Below, one piece after another: positions 1-12,944 of a DNA stretch of 45,384 nucleotides. The notes below the pieces were generated by a model, which was not told where the DNA came from, searched no databases, and worked only from the letters and a program-made list of their open reading frames with translations. Made by a program: the position numbers and the translations under genes. The DNA is from Octopus sinensis (Eukaryota), in contig NW_021834687.1 of NCBI RefSeq assembly GCF_006345805.1, positions 1 through 45,384 on the forward strand, read 5' to 3'. Numbering within the stretch: the first letter of the stretch is position 1; every line of letters begins with the position of its first letter.

Positions 1-131
1 TATTTATGTATGAGACAATGCTTTTTGAAAACAACCGGTGCTCGCGCGCACGCAAACACAAACACACAAATACACACAGAGGGAATTATACAATCACTTG
101 CATTGAAGGTAAGAAGATATATTTTACTTAC

Positions 132-238
132 TCCCGGATGGATCTTTCATAGGAATATCGTACTTTTCGACGTTTCCACTTTCTCTATAGGCTTCTAACG
201 TCCAATTGTTATCAAACTCGGCGCTAAAGTACGGGTAA
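132..238 (-). CDS. Gene A coding exon 4 (secreted PAN/apple-domain protein, paralog A)
   Basis: Acceptor ttagtttcag|, donor |gtaagt; 107 nt, phase 2 to 1; (N)YPYFSAEFDNNWTLEAYRESGNVEKYDIPMKDPSG; homologous to 28945-29048. The last exon is predicted just left of the window because base 1 aligns to ~28780. Confidence 0.85.
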
Positions 239-370
239 CTGAAACTAATATATTACAATTGATTAATTTAATTAACTTAAACATAAAGAAAACATTTTTA
301 CGACTTAATTTACAATAATCGGTTCAGTTTAATTAAATCAATGAGTTTATAATTTCATCTCTGATATTAA

Positions 371-664
371 TCTTTATATATAAAATTGAAGTTGTGTGAG
401 ACTCTGTCTCCTCTGATTTAGATTCCTAACTACTCCTACATTTTGCGGTGCAGTTTAACCAAAAACGGGTATCTTATAGCCGTGATTCATATCGAGCCCT
501 TCTGGGTATTAGTGCGCTTCTACGATGAGTCTACGATTAAAAAAAAAATTTTTTGCATTTTTAATGCATTTTTTGCTCGGTTTATATAAGGGAAGTAACT
601 CTCTAAAAATGCTTATATAGTTATTTCCCTTACAAACCCGAGTAACGCCGGGCGATACTGCTAG
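371..664 (+). mobile_element. Non-autonomous Helitron-like element
   Basis: A|TC start, subterminal hairpin cccgagtaacgccggg, CTAG|T end; same 3' end as 9880-10262; absent from the paralogous intron of gene B. Confidence 0.7.
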
Positions 665-683
665 TGTTTTATATACAATTTAG

Positions 684-770
684 GATCTTTTCGGTTTGAA
701 CGGCAGTTTTTTTCTAGCGGTGTCATATGAAATTGTCACCCATAATTATGACCCTAGTATCGATCTATAT
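684..770. repeat. Dispersed repeat fragment, second copy at 4908-~5260
   Basis: ggatcttttcggtttgaacggcag...gaccctagtatcgatcta is near-identical at 684 and 4908. Confidence 0.7.
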
Positions 771-967
771 TGCCGAAATCGATTTTGTCTTTTACATATG
801 TGGGGGATCGTTGAAATAATTACCAGTTGTCACTGTTACTGATGCAATCGACTACCCCCCCCCCCCCGCCCCCAACAAACTATCAGACGTTCTGCCTATG
901 GAAGAAATGATTATTATTATGGAACTATAATATTATACAACAATGGGATATAAAGTATATCTGTAAA

Positions 968-1238
968 GTTAACGTGGGCTGCGGGGTCACTCCGAAAAGC
1001 TCTATCTACGACGATTTCATCTCAATCGAAGGAGAGGGTCTTTCTCCGTCCGGGTTGCGGATCCGTGGAATAAGCTGCCGGACGAGATAGTAAAGATGCC
1101 GACGACCGCTCGGTTCAAAGTCTCTCTTGACCAGAAATGGCCTGAACTCTTTGTATGACCACCCTCCCTGTACATAACTCCCTATCCCCCTACATGGCCT
1201 TGCTTTTGCTCTTTGAGCCAATAAAAATTGAATTAAAT
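968..1238 (+). mobile_element. CR1/L2-type LINE 3' end (5'-truncated)
   Basis: Translates RGHSEKLYLRRFHLNRRRGSFSVRVADPWNKLPDEIVKMPTTARFKVSLD, a typical CR1 ORF2 C-terminus, followed by 3' UTR and short tail; absent at the equivalent site in gene B (~29490). Confidence 0.8.
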
Positions 1239-1326
1239 TATATACACACAGTGAAAGTGTTCAAAAGAATTACTTATGGAACAATTAGTTGAAGGTGTTA
1301 ATTATGAATAAGGAGTTTGTTTATAC

Positions 1327-1472
1327 TTCTTATTGAAAGTAAATTTCAGTATGTTCCAATGCGGATGTGAATTAAAAAGGATTTTCTCATTATGCAGCCA
1401 CGATGTAGAATTCATCCCTGTTCCATTGAAAGTTATAATATGATCAATTTTTATTGTCAACCGAAATTCCTT
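1327..1472 (-). CDS. Gene A coding exon 3
   Basis: Acceptor ttccatttccag|, donor |gtataa; 146 nt, phase 0 to 2; KEFRLTIKIDHIITFNGTGMNSTSWLHNEKILFNSHPHWNILKFTFNK; same length as paralog exon 29583-29728. Confidence 0.85.
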
Positions 1473-1499
1473 CTGGAAATGGAACATAAACTCGTATCA

Positions 1500-2413
1500 G
1501 TAACGAATATGAGAGAGTGAGGGAGGACAGAGTTGTAGGAAGAGAAACGAGACTAGGATGTGATATAAGGAGAGAGTAGGGGGGCGAGAAGGAGATAGAG
1601 AGGACAGTGGGGGAAAGAGTAAGACTTTGAGTGCAAGAGAAAAAGACAAGAGAATACAAGAGATAGGAGGAGGAGGAGGAGGAGGAGGAGGAGGAAGAAT
1701 AGGAGGAGGAGGAGAGGGAGAGAAGAAGAAGCGAAATGCAATGTAGTGTTAGAAGGGCAAAGCTAAGAGAGAGGGAGAGAAAGATTTTGGGTTTAGAAGG
1801 AAAAGATGGGTAACTTATAAGACAGAGAATCGGATTAAGCGCCAGGGAGTTATGATTTCGGAGTCTTTGCAAAAGTTTCGTTGCATTTGTGGGAAGTAGA
1901 AGACCCTGACAAAATCAGAAGAAAAACAAAAACAAAAGGTAAAAATAGCAAGAATCAATCCCACATCTATGTCACTTTGATGTCCTGTGGAGAAATGAAG
2001 TGAGACATCTGAACCGGAAGTAAAAGAGAAGTGAGATAACGTCAAGAAACGGGGCTTTTAAACAATCCTTTTCTTGATCAAGACTCTGAGATGAACGGAT
2101 GTAGGGAGCGGATGCCAGAAGGATTGTAGGTGTTGGGGGGTAGGTACGCGTGTAGGTAAGTCCATCATGTTCTTTTGACCCTGGTGGAGTGTACCTTTAT
2201 ACACTGTTCTCAAGTTCGTCTCGAAGGAGCAGCATTTTTATTTTTACCGTCCCGCAGGAGTGGCTGTGTGGTAAGTAGTTTACTTACCAGCCACACGGTT
2301 CTGGGTTCAGTCCCACTGCGTGGCACCTTGGGCAAGCGTCTTCTGCTATAGCCTCGGGCCGACCAATGCCTTGTGAGTGGATTTGGTAGACGGAAACTGA
2401 AAGAAGCCTGTCG

Positions 2414-2492
<79 letters not shown>

Positions 2493-3150
2493 CATGTATG
2501 TGTGTATATGTTTGTGTGTCTGTGTTTGTCCCTCTAGCATTGCTTGACAACGGATGCTGGTGTGTTTATTTCCCCGTCACTTAGCGGTTCGGCAAAAAGA
2601 GACCGATAGAATAAGTATTGGGCTTACAAAGAATAAGTCCCGAGGTCGATTTGCTCGACTAAAGGTGCTCCTCCAGCATGGCCGCAGTCAAATGACTGAA
2701 GCAAGTAAAAGAGTAAAAGAGAGAGAGAGAGAGAGAGAGTATCTACATGTTCACAAATTTCGACCTAAACTTCATCCTTCCACCTCTTCCTTTCAGACTT
2801 TAAGACAAACAGTTTTGCTTCCCGACACAGAACCTTCTCATAATCTCTCTCCGTCTTCCTCCAACTCATGTTTACTCAACCCTATACACCTACACTTATA
2901 AACACTCACCATTCTTATTTCAATCTTAACAGTTAAAACCCCATGTTGTTCTACTTCAAAATATTTATTCTTAATCGATCCAACTTCAGCTCGTCAAATT
3001 CCTCCTTACATTGCTTTTTTATTAGTTCCCATGCTCACAATCCCTTTCAACTCTTGCGGTCTTCCTACACCAACGTACCGATGACAAGAACGAATCATTC
3101 GATATTCTGATTCATTTGTTCAGTCTCCTTTGTAACCTAAAAGTATTCCT
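1500..3150. repeat. Old intronic sequence (possibly decayed TE) shared with gene B intron 29760-30880
   Basis: Collinear similarity with 29760-30880; interrupted by a SINE only in this copy. Confidence 0.6.
2253..2740 (+). mobile_element. tRNA-derived SINE family 1 with internal (TA)n
   Basis: Head gcaggagtggctgtgtggtaag...ggttcagtccc, tail caaatgactgaagcaagtaaaagag; multiple copies in window. Confidence 0.85.
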
Positions 3151-3159
3151 GTTGTTGTT

Positions 3160-3705
3160 TTTGTTTGTTCCTTCTCGAGCCCTGCCTGGTTCATAAGGGC
3201 CGGTTTCCCGGTTTCTTGGTGTATAGGTTCTCCACCTGGACGGGACGCCAGTCCGTTGCAGGTGAGCTGCAAGATGCAGGAGGGAAAAGTGAGAGAAAGT
3301 TGTGGCGAAAGAATCAGCAGAAATTTCGCCATTACCTTCTGCCGGAGCCGCGTGGAGCTTATGTGTTTTCGCTCATAAACACACACATCACCCGGTCTGA
3401 AATTCGAACCTGCGATCCCTCGACCGCGAGTCCGCTGCTATAACCACTAGGCCATGTGCCTCTCTGAAAGCCTAGCTAGGCTCATGGGCCCGGTTTCCCG
3501 GTTTCAATGGCGTATGTGTTCCCCAGCTGGACGGGACGCCAGTCCATCGCAGCGTTACTCATTTTCGCCAGCTGGAGTGGACTGGAGCAACGTGAAATGA
3601 AGTGTTTTGCTCAAGAACACAACGCATCGTCCGGTCCCGGAATCGAAACCACAATCTTACGATCATGATGCTGACACCCTAACCACTAAGCCACGCGCCC
3701 CCACA
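3160..3705 (-). mobile_element. Two adjacent tRNA-derived SINEs (3160-3462, 3470-3705)
   Basis: Minus-strand A/B-box heads (tggcctagtggtt...ggttcgaat; tggcttagtggtt...gtttcgattcc) and a shared 3' segment; head fragment repeated at 6117-6175. Confidence 0.75.
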
Positions 3706-3909
3706 AAGTATTCCTGGCCAAGACACCGATTCAATCTCCAAACATACTTAGTTATGTTGACGTCTATGAAATCCTCTCACTACGATCTGATGACGTCTGT
3801 CATATTATTTTATCGTCCCTAGAATGATGTAAATCAAAGGTAACCTCAACGGAACTTGAACTCAGAAAGTGAAGATCTGTAACTAAAAGCCACTAAACTA
3901 ACCATCTAG

Positions 3910-4260
3910 TCATTGTGACGGTCTTGAAGGAGCATCATAGCCATGTGTTGAGAGGGATTATTTGGGGATTGAATAATTCACCTCTGGAAACATGGGTGTT
4001 TCGTTCAACATCCTTAAACAACCCTTATTCAGGAACCTTTTGAGCGGGATGGGTTACTCGACCAGAAGAAAATCCTAACTGAGCCCCACCTGCAAGGTGA
4101 TGTGCTGTTTATCTTGATATGAGGTCACCATGTCGCACACATATGGTTGTGATGCATGTGCATGATGTACCCTTATCAGATGGGTAGTCATGATGGGTAT
4201 ACTGGGCTTTATATATTTTACCCCAGGGCCACTTTGATGGCATGCACTGCTTACTCACTC

Positions 4261-4333
<73 letters not shown>

Positions 4334-4335
4334 TA
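3910..4335 (+). mobile_element. Retroposon 3' end with (AAT)n tail
   Basis: gtcatgatgggtatactgggc...ctcactcaataataat also occurs at 31274-31350. Confidence 0.6.
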
Positions 4336-4554
4336 ATGATTAGGAGAAGAAGCAGAAGAAGAGGAAGAAGAAGAAGAAGAACTATCAACATAGGTGTAGG
4401 AGTGGCCCAAGGCTACAGTAGAAGACACTTGCCCAAGGTGCTACACAGTGGGACTGAACCCGGAACAATGTGGTTCGTAAGCATGCTACTTACCACAAAG
4501 CCACTCCTACGTTTATTAAATGCCGAAAATTTTGAAATTTCAAAAATTCTTTAC

Positions 4555-4646
4555 CTTTTCCATAGGAAATTTGTCACAGTATAAATAAATAAGACTTCTT
4601 GTAAATGAGTTTTCGGTCATTTTAAACATTCTCTGCCAGCTTGTAC
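4555..4646 (-). CDS. Gene A coding exon 2
   Basis: Acceptor gattcag|, donor AAG|gtaaag; 92 nt, phase 1 to 0; (G)TSWQRMFKMTENSFTRSLIYLYCDKFPMEK; same length as 33273-33364. Confidence 0.85.
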
Positions 4647-5257
4647 CTGAATCAGCAATAAATAGAAATCAACAATTTACATGTAAATGTATAGACAAGA
4701 TGTTAACCCTTAAATGGAAGGAACGAGTTACATAAATGTGTTGGACAAACTGGTAAAAAACGAAAAAATGTCTCTTTTGTTTCTCAGGGTAATATTTACA
4801 CTTACTTTCACTTTCATTTTGTACAAATACTAAAATAACTGTCAGTCTGTCGCAGAATAAATTTTAAAAACTCATCATTGAAAAGAGCCGTAAAGTATTC
4901 ACTTTCCGGATCTTTTCGGTTTGAACGGCAGTTTTTTCTAGCGGTGTCATATGAAATTGTCACCCATAATTATGACCCTAGTATCGATCTATTGCATTTC
5001 TATCTGTTTTAGGGTTAGGGTTAGTTAGGGGTAGGGGTAGGGAGGGTATCTTTTTTTCTTCACAAATGTAAATAAACCCAATCTGTTTCTTAAACGAGGG
5101 ACATATTCATACGGTACAGAATGTTTTCACCTCAAGAGACGTCATTGATTGATTGAAATTGCAGAAATTGAAGAACAACAACAACAAATATCTTACAAAC
5201 TATAGAATTTTCTCAATAAAGCCAAGAGAAAAAGATGTTTTATAAACACATTCTACC

Positions 5258-5641
5258 AGAGAGGACAAACAAGGACAGACAAAGGGATTAAGTCGATTAC
5301 ATCGACCCCAGTGCGTAACTGGTACTTAGTTTATCGACCCCGAAAGGATGAAAGGCAAAGTCGACCTCGGCGGAATTTCAACTCAGAATGTAACAGTAGA
5401 CGAAATACTTATTTCTTTACTACCCACAAGGGGCTAAACACAGAGGGGACAAACAAGTACAGACAGACGGATTAAGTCGATTATATCGACCCCAGTGCGT
5501 AACTGGTACTTATTTAATCGACCCCGAAATGATGAAAGGCAATGTCGACCTCGGCGGAATTTGAACTCAGAACGTAACGGCAGACGAAATACGGCTACGC
5601 ATTTCACCCGGCGTGCTAACGATTCTGCCAGCTTGCCGCCC
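5258..5641 (-). mobile_element. SINE family 2 with internally duplicated body
   Basis: ggcggcaagctggcagaa head, gttcaaattccgccgaggtcgac...ggggtcgat body repeated twice. Confidence 0.8.
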
Positions 5642-5702
5642 TCTTATTGATTAAAATATATCAAAATCAGAACATTATGCAAGAAAATGCTGATTTACAT
5701 AC

Positions 5703-6030
5703 CGTTTTCTGGGAACGAAATATACAATGAACAGTTGCAATCATAATCTTCGATTTCTTTGTCGTACCACAATCCATGTATATGACATGTACCTTTACAA
5801 TAGCTAAAATACTGGCATTCGTCTTGTGACATGCACCAACTCGAACATTCGATAGCAGACACCGTTTTTGCAGTTGTTATTCTCTGGTCACTTGTGCATT
5901 TTGAAGAAGAGATTTTTCTGAATAAACCATTTCTGTTCGCTGACTCTCCATGTATCGGAGTCACGAAAACTACAAGCGTCAAAGCTGGCAGCAACAGGAG
6001 AATCAAATGACATTGAATTGATGTTTCCAT
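5703..6030 (-). CDS. Gene A coding exon 1: signal peptide + PAN/apple-like domain
   Basis: tttttcag|GA-ATG; [28 protein letters not shown] hydrophobic leader; [26 protein letters not shown]-type Cys pattern; donor G|gtatgt, phase 1. Confidence 0.9.
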
Positions 6031-6487
6031 TCCTGAAAAATATCCAAGCATACAAGTATACAGCATACATTCGTTTCTGTTTATTTATCTCTCTCTGTCT
6101 CTTTCTCTATTTGTCTGAGATTCGAACCCGCGATCCCTCGACCGCGAGTCCGCTGCTCTAACCACCAGACCGTGGCTTTATACGGAATAAACTGTGTGAA
6201 TGTACCTGGTGTACGGGTCGCCTACGACCTCAGCAGGGTTTGAACTCCTAACGTAGAGCCGGAAGAAATGTCGCTACCCACTTCCTCAGTTTAGTATTAA
6301 GGAAAGCAAAGGCAGAGTATAATTTGAGAAATAGTGAGGGAACAGTTAACCATTTGCTCTACAAGGATGATCTGAAGCATTTTTTACTACGAATGAAAAA
6401 GAGATTGATTCCTTAATACTGACTATAAGATTCTTCAGCAAAGATACAGCCATGGAATTTGGCGTAGATATGTGTACAATATTATAT

Positions 6488-6902
6488 TTCTTTACTACCC
6501 ACAAGGGGCTAAACACAGAGGGGACAAACAAGGACAGACAAAGGGATTAAGTCGATTACATTGAACCCAGTGCGTAACTGGTACTTAATTTATCGACCCC
6601 GAAAGGATGAAAGGCAAAGTCGACCGCAGCGGATTTTCAACTCAGAACGTAGCGGCAGATGAAATGCCTATTTCTTTACTACCCACAAGGGGCTAAACAC
6701 AGAGGGGACAAACAAGGACAGACAAACGGATTAAGTCGATTACATTGACCTCAGTGCAAAACTGGTACTTAATTTATCGACCCCGAAAGGATGAAAGGCA
6801 AAGTCGACCTCGGCGGAATTTGAACTCAGAGCGTAACGGCAGACGAAATACGGTTAAGCATTTCGCCCGATGTGCTATAACGCTTCTGCCAGCTCGCCGC
6901 CT
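6488..6902 (-). mobile_element. SINE family 2 with internally duplicated body
   Basis: Same sequence and structure as 5258-5641. Confidence 0.8.
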
Positions 6903-6914
6903 TGTGTAATATTA

Positions 6915-7400
6915 GTCATGAGAAGGAAACAGGTTGTCAACAGTGAAGGCATCCATTTAACAGATGGCCAGACGTTAAAATCATAGAAAGGAGGAGAGAG
7001 TTATAAGTTTCTAGACGTATTAGAATCTGCCAGAGTACTATCTACAGAAATGAAAACGAAAATTGAGAAGGAGTACATCAGAAGGGTGAGGAAGCTATTG
7101 AAATCAAAGTAAATGGTTCGAATCTAGCGAAGGACGTAGATACTTGGGTCGTATCATTACTTAGATACTCAACAGCTTTTGTAGATTGGGGATAACTGAA
7201 TTAGCAAAGGTAGACAGAAGAACTAGGAAGGAATTCAATATGAATGGAGGACTCGACCCAAGGGCAAGAATAGCAAGATTATACATACCTAGAAAGGACG
7301 GGAGAGGGTTAATATAAGCAGAAGGCTGCGTGGGTTTGCTCGAGTAGATATAGACTCCTTTATAGGAAATAGTGAAGAAAGTTTATTAAGAGCTGCTAGA
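6915..7400 (+). mobile_element. Degenerate Dong/R4-type LINE fragment
   Basis: Broken frames resembling YKFL..LES...EKEYIRRVRKLLKSK...DRRTRK...RLYIPRK, homologous to 24977-25966. Confidence 0.7.
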
Positions 7401-7706
7401 GTCGTAAGCATATCATAGAATTATGAAGGCACTTGTACTGGAAAGGCATATCTGAGGGAATAAGTGGAATTCTAGGGATTAATACAGGTTCACCGCTTGC
7501 TTTACCAGTCAAAATTATTACCTCCAAGATTATAATACTAACTGCTATATTATACATTAGATAATGTAGTCCTAGATACACTATGCCTGAATGAAAGATG
7601 GGATGGTCACAGCTGGAACGTCCTTGATAATGGGTCTGTCTGGATCAGGACTGATCTTGGGCTAAACAACAACAACTTTCATTCTTAATATCATTAATTC
7701 ACTTAC

Positions 7707-8530
7707 CTTTAAGGTTTATGATTGTTACAGAGTTTGTTGAGGAAGCTTCACTTTTAGTTAAAAATCGACCAACCGGACAAATCTCACTGGAAACAATATC
7801 TTCTGCCTTTTAATGTTCCCTTTTCCTAGTCTCGATAAACAGGATTTCTATTATCTTCTTCGTTCTGACAATTTAAGAATAAACTCAGGATATTTCACAA
7901 TTCATTTTGTTTTGCTTTGGTTTCAAAAACATATCTCCTTAAAACAATATCTCCAGATTTATCTTTTGCACTCCCAATTAAGATAGATGTACAACTTGAA
8001 CTTTCTTTCCTTCTAACTCCAGGAGTTGTCGCCAGGTTATTTCATTTTTTCTTAAACACGTTCTTAAACTCGGAGTCTTCTGCCTTTTAATATTTCTTTT
8101 TTTCTAGTTTCGATAAACAGGATTTCTTTTATTCCTTTCTATTCTCTTCGTTCCGACAATTTAAGAATAAACTCAGGATATTTCACAGTTCAAACTTCAA
8201 GAAGATGATATCTCCTTAAAACAATATCTTCAGATTTTTTACTCTCTTATTAACATAGATGTACAACTTGAACTTTCTTTCCCTCTGACTCTAGAATTTG
8301 CCCGCAGGTTATTTCGCTTTTCTCAAATACGTTCGCAAACTTGAAGTCTTATATTGTCGTTGCTTTCTTTCCAAAGTACTTTGCTTTCATGATTATTTAT
8401 AAATTATCAGTTTCACTCTCAGCTTCGTTACTTTTCCAATCAATGACCGCTTCTATTCACCCGTCTCCGCAACAATACCTCTTGAAACAAGCTGCCTGTA
8501 TTTATAAGGTTAGCAATACATCGATAGCTT
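7707..8530 (-). other. Putative 5' leader exon/promoter module, copy 1 (diverged; internal ~280-bp tandem duplication)
   Basis: Donor AAAG|gtaagtga at 7707; homologous to the 12420, 19910 and 43535 modules; ATG changed to ATA; 7800-8075 repeated at 8078-8350. 5' boundary unknown. Confidence 0.5.
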
Positions 8531-8733
8531 TCGATTAATTTGTTTTGCCTTTTGACCTGGATATATCATATTTAATGTTGTTGGATGAAGTGCGGTCAAT
8601 CATAACAAGCAGAGATTTAAGACCTTGAATTAATGAAGGCTTGTTCATGTTTGTATTTCGATGTCAAGCGGATATTCATAATGTCTTTCGAGAAAAGTAT
8701 GGATGTTAACTAACAAACTTCACTGTTAGTACT

Positions 8734-8792
8734 AAATTGACCTTCGATCGATAAATTGACCTTCGATCGATAAATTGACCTTCGATCGATAA
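8734..8792. repeat. 19-bp tandem repeat x3
   Basis: (aaattgaccttcgatcgat)3. Confidence 0.95.
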
Positions 8793-8854
8793 AGCTGCTA
8801 ATAAAATATTAAAGTTGATTCACATTGACGTATCCTACAAACTTTAAACATATA

Positions 8855-9022
8855 GGCGCAGGAGTGGCTGTGTGGTAAGTAGCTTGTTTACCAACCACAT
8901 GGTTCCGTGTTCAGTCCCACTGCGTGGCACCTTGAGCAGGTGTCTTCTACTATAGCCTCGGGCCGACCAAAGGTTTGCGAGTGGATTTGGTAGACGGAAA
9001 ATGAAAGAAGCCCGTCGAATAC

Positions 9023-9066
<44 letters not shown>

Positions 9067-9225
9067 TGCAGGAGTGGCTATGTTGTAAGAAGCTCGTTTA
9101 CCAACCACATGGTTCCGGGTTCAGTCCCACTGCGTGGCACCTCGGGCAAGTGTCTCTACTACAGCCTCGGACCGACAAAAGACTTGTGAGTAGATTTGGT
9201 AGACGGAAACTGAAAGAAGCCCATC

Positions 9226-9272
<47 letters not shown>

Positions 9273-9484
9273 TGTGTGTGTTTGTGTTTCTTTGTTTGTC
9301 CCCCTAGCATTGCATGACAACCGATCTGGTGTGTTTATGTCCTCGTTACTTAGCCGTTCGGCATACGAGAACCGATAGAATAAGTACTGGGCTTACAAAA
9401 AGAATAAGTCCCGGGGTCGAGTTGCTCGATCAAGGTGGTGCTCCAGCATGGCCGCAGTCAAATGACTGAAACAAGTAAAAGAGT
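8855..9484 (+). mobile_element. SINE family 1: partial copy followed by full copy
   Basis: Heads at 8855 and 9065 separated by (TA)n. Confidence 0.85.
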
Positions 9485-9879
9485 ATATCACTCGTTAAAA
9501 AATAATAATCATGAATAACAAATAAAGTAGAATTAAAAGTCTAAAATATTTTTGAAATGAAGGACAAATGAGAAAGGATTTGAGGTAGAGTCAGCAGTTT
9601 CAGAGAAGTGTATGACCTCTTAACGGAAGGCAGCTTGGAAATTTGACATTGAAGGTTGCTGTTGTTTAGCCACAGGTTTCATTGAGCCTCGATTGAGTAG
9701 TTCTTTCTTAGTCAGAGAACTGCAGCCATTATCATACCATATTCAGACCGTGTGTTATAAGAACCACATTATCCAAACGTTTTTTATAAACGGTGAAGCG
9801 TCTCGTATGATAAATATTTAGAGGAGATTATATTTTGAGCAACTGTTCAGAGATTAGTCTCCCTCCTTTGTATGTAATA

Positions 9880-10262
9880 CTAGCAGTATCGCCCGGCGTT
9901 GCTCAGGTTTGTAAGGGAAATAACTATAAAGCATTTTTAGAGAGTTATAGCCCAAAAATAGCAAAAAAATGGAAAAAAAATTATGGTAAATTTTTTTTGA
10001 GAGTTAAAAAAGGTCGAGTTGCGTCCCCTAGTCAGTCTGTGGTTTGTGTTTCTGATTCTCGACCCCATGTCGAATTTATCGATTTTTTTCAGAACTGGGG
10101 GAACTTTTCAAATTTTTCGCTGCCTTAGTTTTGAATTATGACATTGGCGTGTGTGTCAAGTTTCATCAGAATCGGTTAAAGCAGTGGTCAGGGTGAGGGT
10201 ACAACCCGACAGACACACAGAAACACACACAGACAAACTGCCGTTTATATATAGAGAGAAGA
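9880..10262 (-). mobile_element. Non-autonomous Helitron-like element
   Basis: Minus-strand TC start, hairpin and CTAG|T end matching 620-664. Confidence 0.7.
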
Positions 10263-10319
10263 TAATAATGTATGGGGAATATAATACTGTATGCCGTACA
10301 TTATTTTATTGCTCTTTTA

Positions 10320-10528
10320 TGCTTTTACTTGTTTCAGTCATTTGACTGCGGCCATGCTGGAGCACCGCCTTTAGTGGAGCAAATCTACCCCAGGACTTAT
10401 TCTTTGTAAGCTAGTACTTATTCCATCAGTCTCTTTTGCCGAACCGCTAAGTTACGGGGACATAAACACACCAGCATCGGTTGTCAACCGATCTTGGGGG
10501 AACAAGCACAAACACACACATACACACG

Positions 10529-10560
<32 letters not shown>

Positions 10561-10718
10561 CATATATACGACGGGCTTCTTTCAGTTTTCGTCTACCAAA
10601 TCCACTCACGAGACTTTGGTCGGCCCGAGGCTATAGTAGAAGACGCTTGCCCAAGGTGCTACGCAATGGTAATGAACCCGGAACCATGTGGTTGGTAAGC
10701 AAGCTACTCACCACACAG
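10320..10718 (-). mobile_element. SINE family 1
   Basis: Reverse complement of 2253-2740. Confidence 0.85.
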
Positions 10719-10719
10719 C

Positions 10720-10721
10720 TA

Positions 10722-10778
<57 letters not shown>

Positions 10779-10791
10779 ATATATATATATA

Positions 10792-10835
<44 letters not shown>

Positions 10836-10912
10836 TATATATATATAAACGTACAGAGGGAGACAGATAGACATATAGACAGACAGACAGACAGACAGAC
10901 AGATGGATAGAC

Positions 10913-10954
<42 letters not shown>

Positions 10955-11011
10955 GTAGTTAGGTAGGTATGTATGTAGGTAGGTAGGTAGGTAGGTAGGT
11001 AGGTAGGTAGG

Positions 11012-11095
<84 letters not shown>

Positions 11096-11141
11096 AAGAT
11101 AGATAGATAGATACGTTGGTAGGTAGGCAGGTAGGTAGATG

Positions 11142-11229
<88 letters not shown>

Positions 11230-11230
11230 C
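10720..11230. repeat. Compound microsatellite (TA)n/(GACA)n/(GATA)n/(GGTA)n
   Basis: Direct reading. Confidence 0.95.
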
Positions 11231-12419
11231 ACCTGCCGCTGGTGCCACGCAGTGGGACAGAACCCGGAACTATGGGCTTGGAAAGCAAACCTCTTATTGT
11301 ACAGGAACACCTGCACCTAAAATCAGTGCCATTCCTGTGACGGGAATGGAACCCGTGGCGCCTGGATAAACAGCCAGGAATCCTAACTTCTATATCCTTA
11401 AATATTATTCATTATCTGAAACATAACTATTTTTACTCTGGTAGAAAACCAGGATTTTTCCTAAGCAAAGATATAAGATTGATTCGATGTTACTTAAGTT
11501 TCGTTCTCTCATTTCGTTGAAAACGAAAGTGAAAGTCGAATACATAGAGAATACATAGTGGAATTTTAATTCGAGAGAGGCTCATTGATTCTCTCATTCA
11601 CAGCTCTTTGTCTAAAAATTTCTTTTATGGACGTAAGAAACATACGAGACACATAGACGAAGTACAATATCCACCACGGTGGGATTCTAAAGAGAATGTA
11701 GAGGGACGTGACTGAATACTAAAGATATTTTATCAGTCGATTCATGATTTCTACAAATCCATCCCCGTCCTTTCCGTTCTCTGTGGAAATGTGAAATAAT
11801 AACTGTAAACCGAATGTAACGAAAGCACAAGTCAGCTACAGTATTCTAGATTATAGAATTATAAAAACAATTTCAGTAATAATCTCTCTTTATTGATTCA
11901 TATTATATGCCTCTTGTATGAATAAAATACTTACTCTATCAGGTCTAGTCAGAAAACCAGACTTGATAGGGAAAAACTGGAGTAAGTTTTGAATTTAGCC
12001 GGCAAAATCACTTGGAATTCATTGAAATATTCCAGGCACCAGACAAGAAAAAATTTTCCCAGTGTTATTAATTTTAATATTCAACAGCTCGCTAATCCTT
12101 ATCCTAAGACTTATTACCCTATTTTCATATCTATTTCTTTATTTTAAATCTGTCTATCTACATTAAATCCTAAATAACGGCAGAATTCTAAATAAGAACG
12201 TTAAGTTTCAAGACAGAGTAGAAAGGATAGTTGATCAGTCGATCCATGATTTCTACAAATCCATCTCCGTCCTGTCCATTTTCACTGGAAGTGGGAAATG
12301 AAAATGGTAAACCGAGTGTAATAAAAGCACAAGTCAGCCAATGTATTTTATATTATAGAATTATAAAAACAATTTCAGTAATTATCTTTTTTCATTCTTA
12401 ATATTATTAATTCACTTAC

Positions 12420-12860
12420 CTTTAAGGTTCATGACTGTTACAGGGTTGTTAAGTAAACTTCACTTTTAGTTGCAAAATCGACCAACAAGACGTGTCTCAC
12501 TGCAAACAATAAGTTTCTGCCTATTAATGTTCCCTTTTCCTAGTCTCGTTAAACAAGCTTTCTTTTATTTATTCCTATTCTCTTCCTTCTGATAATTTAA
12601 GAATAAATTCAGGATATTTCACAGTTCATTTCTTTTTGCATTGGCTTCGAAAAGACAATGTCTTTAAAACAATATCTCCCGAGTTCTTCCACTCTTTGCT
12701 CTTCAGAAGGTAAGTAAATTATCAGTTTTACCCGTAGCTATGTTAGGTTATCAACAGCAACTGTTTCTATCCATCGATCTTAGCATCTAAACCGCTTGAA
12801 AGAAGTCGACTGCGTTTGGATGCATCGTGAGCGAAACGATTTTATTTTAACTTGGCAATA
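12420..12860 (-). other. Putative 5' leader exon/promoter module, copy 2
   Basis: ATG AAC CTT AAA G|gtaagt (12432-12420); ~135-bp internal deletion at ~12695 relative to copies 3 and 4. Confidence 0.5.
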
Positions 12861-12944
12861 GATCGATCGCTTTGAAGTTGTAATTTTTACACTAGATAAA
12901 TTACACTAAATGCCCTCGAAAAACCTGTGGTCAACGAGTACAGG

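Noticed and set aside
1302-1487. ORF-track proteins 1302-1487 and 29558-29917 ending ...PYS*
   Set aside because: Only the 146-nt internal parts are exonic. A phase-2 donor joins exon 4 in frame in both paralogs, so the ORF ends are most likely intron read-through, although the donors are weak and retention cannot be excluded.
3380-3462. tRNA-like sequences (also 3630-3705, 6117-6175, 11335-11390)
   Set aside because: A/B boxes continue into SINE bodies or are fragments; no complete cloverleaf supported
5008-5026. ttagggttagggttag telomere-like motif
   Set aside because: Only about two units, internal to a dispersed repeat
8498-8512. Minus-strand TATAAATA as the promoter of module copy 1
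   Set aside because: Not conserved in the other three modules; common by chance in AT-rich DNA
8734-8792. Three 19-bp direct repeats as a CRISPR-like array
   Set aside because: No spacers; eukaryotic context; simple tandem duplication
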